Assembly: GCA_965205295.1 (NCBI GenBank)
Contig: OZ242167.1
Location: forward strand, 135,788 to 199,787
DNA length: 64,000 nucleotides
Reading direction: 5' to 3'
DNA from: Candidatus Multivorans sp.
GTDB taxonomy: Bacteria; Acidobacteriota; Thermoanaerobaculia; Multivoradales; Multivoraceae
The notes beneath the pieces were generated by a model that saw only the letters and a list, made by a program, of their open reading frames with translations, made no database searches and had not been told where the DNA came from. Positions 51,991-61,272 of the stretch are shown one piece after another. Both the position numbers and the translations under genes were made by a program. Each line of letters starts with the position of its first letter. Position 1 is the first letter of the stretch.

Positions 51991-53346
51991 TTGCAGGCGC
52001 TAGACAACTTCCTGCAGGTCGTCGTGGGGTACGCCTGGGGCATGCCCCTGGTCGTCCTGCTGATCGGTTCGGGCGCCTTCTTCTGCCTCTACCTGCGCCT
52101 CCGGCCCCTCTTCCACATGGGGCACGCTACGGCGGTCACGCTCGGGAGGTACGACTCCGACGACGATCCGGGGCACATCAGCCACTTCCAGGCCCTCTCC
52201 ACGGCGCTGGCGGCGACCATCGGCGTCGGCAACATCGGTGGCGTGGCGATCGCCGTGACCCAGGGCGGCGCCGGTGCCGTGTTCTGGATGTGGGTGGCGG
52301 CGGTCGTAGGCATGGGGACCAAGTTCTGTTCCTGCACCCTGTCGCAGATCTACCGTGGCCGGGACGAGCGGGGCACGCTCCAGGGCGGTCCGATGTACAC
52401 GATCGAACTTGGCCTGGGAAAGAAGTTCCGGCCGCTGGCGATCATGTTCTGCTCCTTCGGCCTGTTCGGTTGCCTGCCGATGTTCCAGAGCAACCAGGTC
52501 GCGGAGTTGCTGAATTCCCAGTTCGGACTCGATCCGATCCTGACCGGCGTGGGCTGCGTGGCCCTGGTGGCTCTGGTCGCGTTCGGCGGCGTCGAGCGGA
52601 TCGGCGCGGTGACGGCTCGCTTCGTGCCCGCGATGTGCCTGCTGTACCTGGGCATGGCCCTATGCGTCCTGTTCGTGCGTTCGGACGTGGCCGTCGAGGT
52701 GTTCGCCCGCATCTTCCGCGAAGCCTTCACCGGCACCGCCGTGGCCGGCGGCGCGATGGGGATCGGCTTCCAGCAGGCCATGATGATCGGCGTCCGCCGC
52801 GCGGCGTTCTCGAACGAAGCCGGGCTTGGCACTGCGCCGATCGCGCACGGCGCGGCGAAGACGAGCGAGCCCGTGCGCGAGGGCCTGGTCGCCATGCTGG
52901 GGCCGTTCATCGACACGATCGTCGTGTGCAGCCTGACCGCCTTCGTCATCCTGTCCAGCGGCCTGGAGACCGTCGGTGAGATCACCGGCGTTTCGCTGAC
53001 CGCGGACGCGGTCCAGAGCGCCCTCGGTACCACGGGCCGCGCGTTGCTCGTACTGATCGTGATGATGTTCGCGATCTCGACGATGGTGAGCTACTCGTAC
53101 TACGGCAAGCGCTGCTTCGCCTACCTGTTCGGCGCGAAGCACGACGGGCTGTACACCTGGTTCTACCTCGGGGGCATCTTCCTCGGCGCTTGGTGGAGCG
53201 CCAGCATGGTGATCAACCTGATCGACACGGCCCTCGCGTTGATGGCGGTGCCGAACCTGATCGCGACCCTGCTGCTGGCGCCCAAGGTGAAGCGTGCGGC
53301 ATTCGACTACTTCGGCCGGTTACGGGCGTCCCGCCGAGCATCTTGA
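51991..53346 (+). CDS. Alanine/glycine:cation symporter (AGCS family)
   Basis: ISHFQAL, GVGNIGGVA, GGPMY, FSNEAGLG, FIDTIVVC. Confidence 0.94.
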   Translation: MQALDNFLQVVVGYAWGMPLVVLLIGSGAFFCLYLRLRPLFHMGHATAVTLGRYDSDDDPGHISHFQALSTALAATIGVGNIGGVAIAVTQGGAGAVFWMWVAAVVGMGTKFCSCTLSQIYRGRDERGTLQGGPMYTIELGLGKKFRPLAIMFCSFGLFGCLPMFQSNQVAELLNSQFGLDPILTGVGCVALVALVAFGGVERIGAVTARFVPAMCLLYLGMALCVLFVRSDVAVEVFARIFREAFTGTAVAGGAMGIGFQQAMMIGVRRAAFSNEAGLGTAPIAHGAAKTSEPVREGLVAMLGPFIDTIVVCSLTAFVILSSGLETVGEITGVSLTADAVQSALGTTGRALLVLIVMMFAISTMVSYSYYGKRCFAYLFGAKHDGLYTWFYLGGIFLGAWWSASMVINLIDTALALMAVPNLIATLLLAPKVKRAAFDYFGRLRASRRAS

Positions 53347-53365
53347 GGGCGACCGCGGTTGCCGG

Positions 53366-53737
53366 CTACCTGGGGAAGTAGCGAACGTCCCGCAGACCTT
53401 CGAAGTCCGAGTCCTGGGTCCAGAGTTCCGCTTGTTCCGAGTACGTGGTCGCGAGGATCGTGGCGTCGGCCATCGGCAGCGAGAATTCGAGGGACAACTG
53501 CGCCGCACGGAGCGCGAGTTCGGCGGACAGGTCGATGACCGTACCTTGCTGCATGGCCGCAACGGCCTCCAGTGCCTCGGCCTCGGAACGCTGTCGGGCC
53601 ATGACCCTGAACACCTCGTAGAGGCAAATCACGGGTACGAGGAGCCTCCTTGTGTCGAGGATGGGCTCTTCATACAGATCTGCACGCTCGGAGTCGGCGA
53701 GGAACTCAAGCCACGCCGACGAGTCGACGACGTTCAC
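53366..53737 (-). CDS. VapC/PIN domain toxin
   Basis: VVDSSAWLE, YEV, LPMADA.I.AT, TQDSDF. Confidence 0.9.
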   Translation of the reverse strand: MNVVDSSAWLEFLADSERADLYEEPILDTRRLLVPVICLYEVFRVMARQRSEAEALEAVAAMQQGTVIDLSAELALRAAQLSLEFSLPMADATILATTYSEQAELWTQDSDFEGLRDVRYFPR

Positions 53738-53940
53738 AGTCGATCGGGCTCGCGGTCGACCGTCGTGTCGATTCCCTTGGCGAACCCTCGGTATTCCCGC
53801 ATCGGCTTGACCGGAATCAGTTCGATGCGCCCGCCGAGGCGAATCGCCTGGATCTTCTGACCTGGCTTGAGCCGTAGAGCCTTGCGGATCTCAAGCGGGA
53901 TGACGACCTGGTACTTGGGTGAAAGGGTCACTTCGGTCAT
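53734..53940 (-). CDS. AbrB/MazE-family antitoxin (VapB)
   Basis: SPKYQVVIP..IR..L.L.PG; 4-bp overlap with the PIN gene. Confidence 0.9.
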   Translation of the reverse strand: MTEVTLSPKYQVVIPLEIRKALRLKPGQKIQAIRLGGRIELIPVKPMREYRGFAKGIDTTVDREPDRL

Positions 53941-53949
53941 GGTCGTACA

Positions 53950-53977
53950 ACGGTAGCACGATCGATCGTGTTGCCGT
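53950..53977. promoter_or_regulatory. Imperfect palindrome upstream of vapBC (candidate operator)
   Basis: ACGGTAGCACGATCGATCGTGTTGCCGT. Confidence 0.4.
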
Positions 53978-53984
53978 ATGACGG

Positions 53985-54680
53985 GTGCTCCGACGGGATG
54001 AAGAGGGTGGGTTCCTCCGCAGTAGAGTCGACGGCATGGCAGCCAGCGCGGTCGCGGTCAGCCTGGCGCTAGCCGTCGGGCCGGCGCCGGCGCTTGATCT
54101 CTGTAGCCCCGATCTCGCTGCCGGCGGTGGAATCACGCAGGGCGGCGAGCTTGGGTTGGCGCAGGATCTGCCCCCTGTCGGGCAGTGGAGCGTGTCAAGC
54201 CGTGCTGCCGGCCGCCGGATCCGGGAAGGCTGCGGCTTCGGCCTCATCGAAGAGCCCCTGGCGGCAGTGCGCGACGTGGTCGACGCGGCGGAGGAGTTCG
54301 ACGAGTTCATGCCACGGATGCTCGAGTCCGATGTCGAGCCGGTCTCGCCGGGCGTCTACCTGAACCGGCAGGTCTTCGACATGCCGTTCCCGGTGCGGGA
54401 CAGGCGGTACACGCTACGGGTCGAGACCGAGACCTTCGCCACCGGCTCGGGTACCGGCTGGCGAGCTGGCTGGACCTACGTTGAAGGCTCCGGCAACGTC
54501 CGGACCAGCACCGGTTCTTGGACCCTGATTCCGCTCGCCCCGGAGCGCACCGTCCTTGTGTATCGGGTGCTCAGCGACCCGGGCGGCATGCTCTCTGCTC
54601 GGATTTTGGACTACGCGGCGCCCCGCATGCTTCGGCAGGTGCTTGACGCGATTCGGGAGAGAGTCCAGAGCCGCAGATGA
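53985..54680 (+). CDS. SRPBCC/START-fold protein
   Basis: EFMPRM, MPFPVRDRRY, GSW.L.P, DPGG. Confidence 0.75.
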   Translation: MLRRDEEGGFLRSRVDGMAASAVAVSLALAVGPAPALDLCSPDLAAGGGITQGGELGLAQDLPPVGQWSVSSRAAGRRIREGCGFGLIEEPLAAVRDVVDAAEEFDEFMPRMLESDVEPVSPGVYLNRQVFDMPFPVRDRRYTLRVETETFATGSGTGWRAGWTYVEGSGNVRTSTGSWTLIPLAPERTVLVYRVLSDPGGMLSARILDYAAPRMLRQVLDAIRERVQSRR

Positions 54681-54731
54681 TGCAGGAACCGGATGCCGGG
54701 CAGATGGCCGTCTCCGGCCGGCCAGGCGCCG

Positions 54732-56507
54732 TCAGAAGGCGACCGCGGCGCTGTTGCTGCGGTTGTGGGAGGCGGCGCGGAGTTCGCCGGTCTGGGGGTC
54801 GCGGCTGATCGCGATCCACACGCCCTCGCCGCCGAAGCGGGCGCCTTCGGTGTCGAACTCGACGTAGTCGTAGCCCGTCTCGTCCAGAACGTGCGTGGGG
54901 AAACGGCCCTTGGGGACCGCGACCTTGACGCCGGCGGGCGTGAACGAGGGCATGAAGAAGTCGGGGGCGTCGATCGCCTCGTCGACCGTCATGCCGAAGT
55001 GGATGACGTTCTGCAGGGCCTGGAAGGTCCGTTGGTGCAGGCCCGAGCCCATCGAGGCGAAGCCGAGCACGGCCTTGCCGTCGCGGAACAGGATGCCGGT
55101 CTCGGTGGGCGACTCGAGTCGGTTGCCGGGGCCGGCGCGGGCGATCTGCATCTGCTGGAAGGAGGCCGGGTCGCCGATCGTGACGCCGCCGGTGACGATC
55201 GCCGTCTTGCCCCAGAGGACGCAGTTGATGCTCTGGGTCATGGCGGCGATGTTGCCGTGGCGGTCGACCGCCACGACATCGTCGGAGTGCTGCGGCGGCC
55301 GGGGCGAGAAGGGAGTCGGAATCCTGCCGCCCTCGACCAGGGGCCAGAGCTTGGCCGCGTTCGCGGGGTCCAGCATGCCGCCGGTCGACAGGTCGACGCC
55401 GGGGTACATCTGGCCGACCATCGCGTCGGGCAGAAAGTCCAGCGCGTAGAGCTGGGTGATGTCGAGCGCCTTCTTGAGCGCCGTGCCCGATTCGGACCAG
55501 TGGCCGTCGGCGGCCAGGCCCGAAGCTCTCGCCAGGTGCTGAGCGAGGATCAGGGAGGCGCCGCCGTTGTTGGGCGGCGGGTTGGTGTAGACCCGGTAGC
55601 CGTTGCCCAGGTCGGCCTGGAGCGGTTCGCTCCAGATCACCTCGTAGGCCGCTAGATCCTCAAGCGTCATGCGGCCGCCGTCGGCCTGGACGGCTGCAAC
55701 AAGGCGTTCGGCCCACGGCCCCGTATACATGTAGTCGACGCCTTCGGCGGCCACCGCCCGCAGGGTCTCGGCCAACGCTGGTTGGCGGAACGTGTCGCCC
55801 GCCGCGTACGCCGATCCGTCGGCCTTGAGCAGCGTGGCGCGGGTCTCCGGCAGGCGGGCGAGGTCTTCGGCGCGCAGGGTCCAGTAGGACGCCATCCGCT
55901 CCGAGATGGCGAAGCCCTCCTCGGCAACGGCGACCGCCGGCTGGAACAACTGCTCGAACGGGAGCTCACCGAACCGCTCGTGCGCCGAGCCGACACCCTT
56001 CATGAAGCCGCCGACCAGGGCCGTCCGGCCGCTCGGATCGCGGCCCAGCATGCCGCGCTCGGGATCGCTCAGGTCGACGCCGCCTGGGATCGACATCGGG
56101 TTCGTTTCCGCGAGCACCGTGTTCCACTCGGCGTTCATCGTGTACACGGTGTCGGTCGAGGCGTCGTAGTACACGAGCGACATGACCCCGAAGTAGCTGA
56201 TCGGCGCTCCCGCGGTCAGCGCCACCTGGGTGAGCGCCGATGTGAGCAGGGCGTCCATCGCGTTGCCGCCCTGCTTCAACGCTTCGAGTCCGGCGCGCGC
56301 GGCGAGCGCGTTGTAGGCGACGCTGACGGCGCCGTTCCTGCCCGTGGCGACGCCGGCGTTCCGCCGGTACTCGCTCTGGGCTTCGAGGTAGCGGTCGTAG
56401 TCCTGCCGCCACTGCTGCGGCCTGAGGTCGGCTTCGTCGTTCGCGGCAACCGGCAGCGCGGCGACCAGCAGGAACAGGAGTGCGATTCGGATCGATCTGA
56501 ACGTCAT
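54732..56507 (-). CDS. Gamma-glutamyltransferase family Ntn-hydrolase (secreted)
   Basis: GGNAMDA, HERFG.LP, AEEGF, FRQPALA.TL, DLAAY, PPPN.GG, VAVDRHGN. Confidence 0.88.
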   Translation of the reverse strand: MTFRSIRIALLFLLVAALPVAANDEADLRPQQWRQDYDRYLEAQSEYRRNAGVATGRNGAVSVAYNALAARAGLEALKQGGNAMDALLTSALTQVALTAGAPISYFGVMSLVYYDASTDTVYTMNAEWNTVLAETNPMSIPGGVDLSDPERGMLGRDPSGRTALVGGFMKGVGSAHERFGELPFEQLFQPAVAVAEEGFAISERMASYWTLRAEDLARLPETRATLLKADGSAYAAGDTFRQPALAETLRAVAAEGVDYMYTGPWAERLVAAVQADGGRMTLEDLAAYEVIWSEPLQADLGNGYRVYTNPPPNNGGASLILAQHLARASGLAADGHWSESGTALKKALDITQLYALDFLPDAMVGQMYPGVDLSTGGMLDPANAAKLWPLVEGGRIPTPFSPRPPQHSDDVVAVDRHGNIAAMTQSINCVLWGKTAIVTGGVTIGDPASFQQMQIARAGPGNRLESPTETGILFRDGKAVLGFASMGSGLHQRTFQALQNVIHFGMTVDEAIDAPDFFMPSFTPAGVKVAVPKGRFPTHVLDETGYDYVEFDTEGARFGGEGVWIAISRDPQTGELRAASHNRSNSAAVAF

Positions 56508-56545
56508 GGCGTCTCCTTGGGGCTTCGCTGTTCTGTCGAGTGGCC

Positions 56546-57793
56546 TCAACCCGGGTGGGCCAGCACGACGACCACATTCTGACCGCCGAAGCCGAAGGCG
56601 TTCACGAGCGCCACGTTGGTGGGGTGGGCCCGGGCCCGATTCGGGACGTAGTCCAGGTCGCAGTTTGGGTCCGGTCGTTCCAGGTTGATCGTCGGGGGGA
56701 TCGTGCCCTCACGAATCGTCTTGACCGCGGCCAGGGCCGATACCGCGCCGGCCGCCCCCAGCATGTGGCCGACCTGGGACTTGGTGGCGGTCACCGCGAC
56801 CTCCCGGGCGTGTTCGCCGAGGGCTGCCTTGATCGCCAGGGTCTCGGCAACGTCGCCCAGCGGCGTCGCCGTGCCGTGGGCGAACACGGCGTCGACTTCA
56901 CCAGGGTCGACCGCGCTCGACTCGAGGGCGCGGGTCATTGCGGCGGCAGCGCCCGCGCCGTCGGGACGCGGCGCGGTCAGGTGGTGCGCGTCGGCGGTGA
57001 CCGCGCCGCCCCTGACCTCGGCGTAGGCGCGGGCGCCCCGCTGCTCCGCGTGCCGTTCGGTCTCGACCACGAACGCGGCGGCGCCCTCTCCAAATACGAA
57101 ACCGTCGCGGTCGGCATCGAACGGTCGGCTCGCGGCCCGCGGGTCGTCGTTGCGGGTAGAGAGGGCCTGCAGACGGGAGAACGTGGCGACGATCAGCGGC
57201 GTGATGCACGCCTCTGTGCCGCCGGCGACCACCGCGTCGACCTCTCCCGAGCGCAGCAGCCGGTAGGCCTCCAGCAGGGCGTAGTTGCCGCTCGCGCAGG
57301 CCAGGGTCGAGGTGGTGGTGGGGCCGGTGACGCCGAGCTCGATCGAGATCAGGCACGAGACAGCGTTCGGCATCACGTCGGTGATCAGGAAGGGGTTCGC
57401 CTTGCGTGGGCCGTGCGCGACCAGTTGCCGGGTGCCGTTCTCCATGCTCGCCACGCCGCCGCCGCCGGTGTTGAAGGTGATCCCGTAGCGGTGAGCTGCG
57501 GCGGGGTCGATCTCCAGATCGGCGTCCAGGAGGGCCTGCTTGGCCGATGCCACGGCGAAGTGGGTCGACCGCGCCAGCCGGCGGGCCGCCTTGCCGGCCA
57601 GCCACTCGGTGGGGTCGAAGTCCCGTACCTCGCAGGCGATCTTCACCTTGAAGGCCTCGGTGTCGAACGAGGTGATCGGCCCGGCGCCCGAGTCGCCGGC
57701 CTTCATCCGTCGCCAGAAGGTCTCGACATCGTTGCCCACCGGTGTGACGGCGCCGAGCCCGGTGATCACGATCCGGCCGTTGTCCGTTGGCAT
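56546..57793 (-). CDS. fabF: Beta-ketoacyl-ACP synthase II
   Basis: ITGLGAVTP, ACASG (Cys), AHGTATPLGD, GHMLGAAG, FGFGGQN. Confidence 0.9.
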   Translation of the reverse strand: MPTDNGRIVITGLGAVTPVGNDVETFWRRMKAGDSGAGPITSFDTEAFKVKIACEVRDFDPTEWLAGKAARRLARSTHFAVASAKQALLDADLEIDPAAAHRYGITFNTGGGGVASMENGTRQLVAHGPRKANPFLITDVMPNAVSCLISIELGVTGPTTTSTLACASGNYALLEAYRLLRSGEVDAVVAGGTEACITPLIVATFSRLQALSTRNDDPRAASRPFDADRDGFVFGEGAAAFVVETERHAEQRGARAYAEVRGGAVTADAHHLTAPRPDGAGAAAAMTRALESSAVDPGEVDAVFAHGTATPLGDVAETLAIKAALGEHAREVAVTATKSQVGHMLGAAGAVSALAAVKTIREGTIPPTINLERPDPNCDLDYVPNRARAHPTNVALVNAFGFGGQNVVVVLAHPG

Positions 57794-57904
57794 CCGGTGA
57801 GGATAGCGCCGTCTGCCGGGCGCTGCGGGCGGCGTGAGCCGTTTCTCCTGCGCTACGCTCGCCGTTCGCTATCTGCAAGAGGTCCTAAGCCGGGGAGTCC
57901 GAGT

Positions 57905-59674
57905 ATGAGTCGAGAGCGTTTCCTTCGATTGCCCCTGCGGATTGCCGCGGCGACGGCGCTCGTGTCTCTGGTGGCGCCCTCGGCCGGCGCCCAGTCGGAG
58001 GGCGCCTTCGTTCCCGTCACCGACGCGATGCTGGAGGAACCGGATGCAGGCGACTGGTTGCACTGGCGCCGCACCCAGAACGGCTGGGCTTACAGCCCGC
58101 TCGATCAGATCGACCGGGAGAACGTCGGCGACCTGACCATGGCCTGGTCGCGCGGTCTGCAGCCGGGCAGTCAGCAGGGGACGCCGCTGGTCTACGACGG
58201 CGTCATGTACTTCCCGAACCCGAGCAGCGTCACGCAAGCCATCGACGCGGCGACCGGCGACCTGCTGTGGGAGTACAAGCGGCCGATCCCGAAGGACATC
58301 GCGACCCACGTCGGCGGTCTGGAGACGGTCAACCGGAGTCTCGCGATCTACGGCGGATTGATCATCGACACGGCAAACGACGGCTACGTCTACGCGCTGG
58401 ACGCGGTCACTGGCGAGCTCGCGTGGGAGACCCAGATCGTCGACTACGAGGTCGACCCGGCCAGGCACTCGACCGGACCGCTGGTCGCCGCCGGTCGCGT
58501 GATCTCGGGTCGGAGCTGCCGGCCGAACCGGGGTCCCGAGGCCTGCTTCATCGCGGCTCATAGTGCTGTGACCGGCGAAGAACTCTGGCGCCGGCCGCTG
58601 ATCCCACGGCCGGGCGAGCCCGGCAACGAGACATGGGGCGACTTGCCGTACGAGGACCGGCACCACGTCGGGTCCTGGATGGCGCCGAGCTACGACCCGG
58701 AGCTCGAGCTGCTCATTCTTGGCACGTCGGTCACCTCGCCGGCGCCCAAGTTCCTGCTCGGCGGCCACGAGAAGAGGCACCTCTTCCACAACTCGACCCT
58801 GGCGCTGGAGGTCGACACTGGTGCGGTGCGCTGGTACTACCAGCACCTGAACGATCACTGGGACCTGGACCACCCGTTCGAGCGGCTGCTGGTCGATACG
58901 GTGGTGGCGCCGGACCCGGAGGCCGTCGCGTGGCGGAATCCCCGGCTTCAACCGGGTGAGGTCCGGAAGGTCGTGACCGGCGTTCCGGGCAAGACCGGTC
59001 TCGTCTACACGCTCGACCGCGAGACCGGCGAGTTTCTGTGGGCGCGGCCGACGGTTCCGCAGAACGTGATCGAGCGGATCGACGGCGCGACTGGCGTAGT
59101 AGTCGAGAACCCCGAAGTCGTGTTCACCGAACTGGAGCAGGAGAGGCTGATCTGTCCGTCGCTCCTCGGCGGCAAGGACTGGGAGGCCGGCGCCTACAGT
59201 CCGCTGACGAACACGATGTACTACCCGCTCCGGAACTTGTGCTCCCAGATGACGACACGCGTGGGCCGCGGGGCCATGCACTACGCGCTGGTGAACGAGA
59301 CCCAGTTCGCGCCGGGGAAGGAACTGCTCGGCACGGTCTACGCGATCTCCGCCGAGACCGGTGAAACGCGCTGGCTCCACGAGCGCTTCGCGGTGACGAT
59401 GTCGCTCGTCGCGACTGGTGGCGGTCTCGTGTTCGGCGGTGATGTGGGCGGCCGCTTCTGGGCTCTGGACCAGGAAACCGGCGAAGTGCTGTGGGAGATC
59501 AACCTCGGCTCCTCGGTGACCGGTTTTCCGGTCAGCTACGCGGTGGACGGCCGGCAGTACGTGGCGGTTGGTACCGGCGCCGAGGGCGGGTCGACCTCGA
59601 CCTTCCGGAGGTTGACGGCGGAGCTTCGTCCGAGCTCCAACAACACGCTGTTCGTGTTCGCGCTGCCCCGGTAA
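57905..59674 (+). CDS. PQQ-binding beta-propeller dehydrogenase
   Basis: YSPLDQI, TPLVYDGVMY, SYDPEL, NDHWDLDHP, SYAVDGRQYVAV; signal peptide; no vicinal CC. Confidence 0.87.
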   Translation: MSRERFLRLPLRIAAATALVSLVAPSAGAQSEGAFVPVTDAMLEEPDAGDWLHWRRTQNGWAYSPLDQIDRENVGDLTMAWSRGLQPGSQQGTPLVYDGVMYFPNPSSVTQAIDAATGDLLWEYKRPIPKDIATHVGGLETVNRSLAIYGGLIIDTANDGYVYALDAVTGELAWETQIVDYEVDPARHSTGPLVAAGRVISGRSCRPNRGPEACFIAAHSAVTGEELWRRPLIPRPGEPGNETWGDLPYEDRHHVGSWMAPSYDPELELLILGTSVTSPAPKFLLGGHEKRHLFHNSTLALEVDTGAVRWYYQHLNDHWDLDHPFERLLVDTVVAPDPEAVAWRNPRLQPGEVRKVVTGVPGKTGLVYTLDRETGEFLWARPTVPQNVIERIDGATGVVVENPEVVFTELEQERLICPSLLGGKDWEAGAYSPLTNTMYYPLRNLCSQMTTRVGRGAMHYALVNETQFAPGKELLGTVYAISAETGETRWLHERFAVTMSLVATGGGLVFGGDVGGRFWALDQETGEVLWEINLGSSVTGFPVSYAVDGRQYVAVGTGAEGGSTSTFRRLTAELRPSSNNTLFVFALPR

Positions 59675-59768
59675 TCCCTGCAGGTCCGTCGGGCCTGACC
59701 CGAGTCTGAAGCTTGAGACAGCGGTTTGCCGTGGGCAGCCGGCCCCATTTATTGTAGTAACATGAATT

Positions 59769-60038
59769 GTGCTGATCGAGTTCGACGCGGCAAAGCGCTC
59801 GGCCACCCTCAAGGCCAGGGGCCTCGACATGGCCCGGGCCGGCGAAGTGCTCGCGGGTGCGACGCTGACCGTCGGGGACGACCGGCAGGACTACGGAGAG
59901 GACCGCTTCATCACGATCGGTTTCCTCGACCACCGGATGGTGGTTCTCGTTTGGACACGGCGCGACGGCGCCTACCGGATCATCAGCATGAGGAAAGCCA
60001 ATGAACGCGAACGAACGCTCTACGGCCCCAGATTCTGA
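59769..60038 (+). CDS. BrnT family toxin
   Basis: EFD..K....L..RG, DYGEDR..TIG, RIISMRKA..RE. Confidence 0.92.
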   Translation: MLIEFDAAKRSATLKARGLDMARAGEVLAGATLTVGDDRQDYGEDRFITIGFLDHRMVVLVWTRRDGAYRIISMRKANERERTLYGPRF

Positions 60039-60258
60039 GAAGGACCTCGCTCCGGACCTTTCCGCCGACGGCTGGCCGGAGAAGTTCGCTCAGGCCAGAG
60101 TTCGCCGGGGCAGGCCGCCAAGCGCGAATCCGAAGGTGTCGACGACCATCCGTCTGTCGCGCGACGTCATCGACCACTTCAAGGCTGGCGGTCGCGGATG
60201 GCAAACGCGGATCGACGCGGCGCTTCGCGAGTGGATCGGCAAGGGGGACGCCGCTTGA
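60001..60258 (+). CDS. BrnA family antitoxin
   Basis: RGRP....PK...TIRL..DV..HFKA.G.GWQTRI. Confidence 0.92.
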   Translation: MNANERSTAPDSEKDLAPDLSADGWPEKFAQARVRRGRPPSANPKVSTTIRLSRDVIDHFKAGGRGWQTRIDAALREWIGKGDAA

Positions 60259-60259
60259 C

Positions 60260-60600
60260 GTGGCAGCGGAGAACCTGGAGAGGGGCGCTAGTTCTAGTGT
60301 GGTAGGCCGTCAGCACGTCGAGCGCAGCGGACCGGACGCCTTGATACCATGTTGGATCGCGCACCGTTTCCTCGAGCACGTCCGAAAGCGCCGGTAGCGG
60401 CTCCCCGTCAGCCAGTATCTGCATCAGCAGTATCACGTACGACTGGTGTTCGTCGGCCCGCTCGTCGTCTGTCTGGACTTCTCGGAACGTTCCTTCGAGT
60501 TCCGGTGACACGATCGCTCCGATACCTGGGTTCGGCCCGATCGAACGGCTGCACCACGGATTCCAGTGGGACTCCCGCCGGAGGTCCAGCACGAGCATGT
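60260..60600 (-). pseudogene. Probable fragment of a large helical protein
   Basis: Protein-like stretch EHQSYVILLMQILADGEPLP..VRSAALDVL with no credible start; atypical composition. Confidence 0.3.
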
Positions 60601-60810
60601 CTCGGGACTCGTCAATGCGGGTCTCCCGCTGGCGCGGATCCTCGCGCTGCTGTGTCCATAGCGCTGCTCGAATCGCTGGGTTCCCGAACCACGGATCCGC
60701 ATGCCGCCATTGACCGACTCGGGCAATCGGGCTCGCTCAACAGTTTGGCTCCCGCGACAGTCGCGGGTCCAGTGCGGGCGCAATCGTAGCTTTGGCTCGT
60801 CGGCCACGAA

Positions 60811-60844
60811 TACCTTGCACCGTAATGCATTGCTGTGCTATGTA
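60811..60844. promoter_or_regulatory. 34-bp imperfect palindrome upstream of padR (candidate operator)
   Basis: TACCTTGCACCGTAATGCATTGCTGTGCTATGTA; 26 of 34 positions self-complementary. Confidence 0.5.
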
Positions 60845-60879
60845 CTGTCCTCGTCGTCGCGTTCCAGTCGACGGAAGGG

Positions 60880-61272
60880 ATGAAGATGAACATCAGCAAG
60901 GACCTGGTAGCCGCCTCGGCCGCGCCGCTGGTGCTGGCGATCCTGGTGGAGGGTGACAGCTACGGCTACGCGATCATCAAGCGGGTGGGGGAGTTGTCGA
61001 ACGGCCATCTGAAGTGGACGGACGGCATGCTCTATCCGGTCCTTCACCGCCTCGAGCGTCTCGGCTTTGTCGAGGCGCGTTGGGCCACGGCGGAGACCGG
61101 CCGGCGGCGCCGGTACTACCGCATCACCAGGGCGGGGCGGGCGCGCCTGAAGACGCAGAGGCGGCAATGGCAGGTGGTCGACGCCACGTTGCGCGGAATC
61201 TGGAGGATGTCTTCGACGGCGGTCGAGGCAGGACAAGCGCCGCCGGGATGGCGGCTGGAGCCGGCATGGTGA
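60880..61272 (+). CDS. PadR family transcriptional regulator
   Basis: SYGY.I, GMLYPVLHRLE, RRYY.IT..G. Confidence 0.93.
   Translation: MKMNISKDLVAASAAPLVLAILVEGDSYGYAIIKRVGELSNGHLKWTDGMLYPVLHRLERLGFVEARWATAETGRRRRYYRITRAGRARLKTQRRQWQVVDATLRGIWRMSSTAVEAGQAPPGWRLEPAW

Noticed and set aside
56540-57904. N-terminal extension of the 1044-aa ORF
   Set aside because: Antisense shadow of fabF; a signal peptide follows ATG 57905
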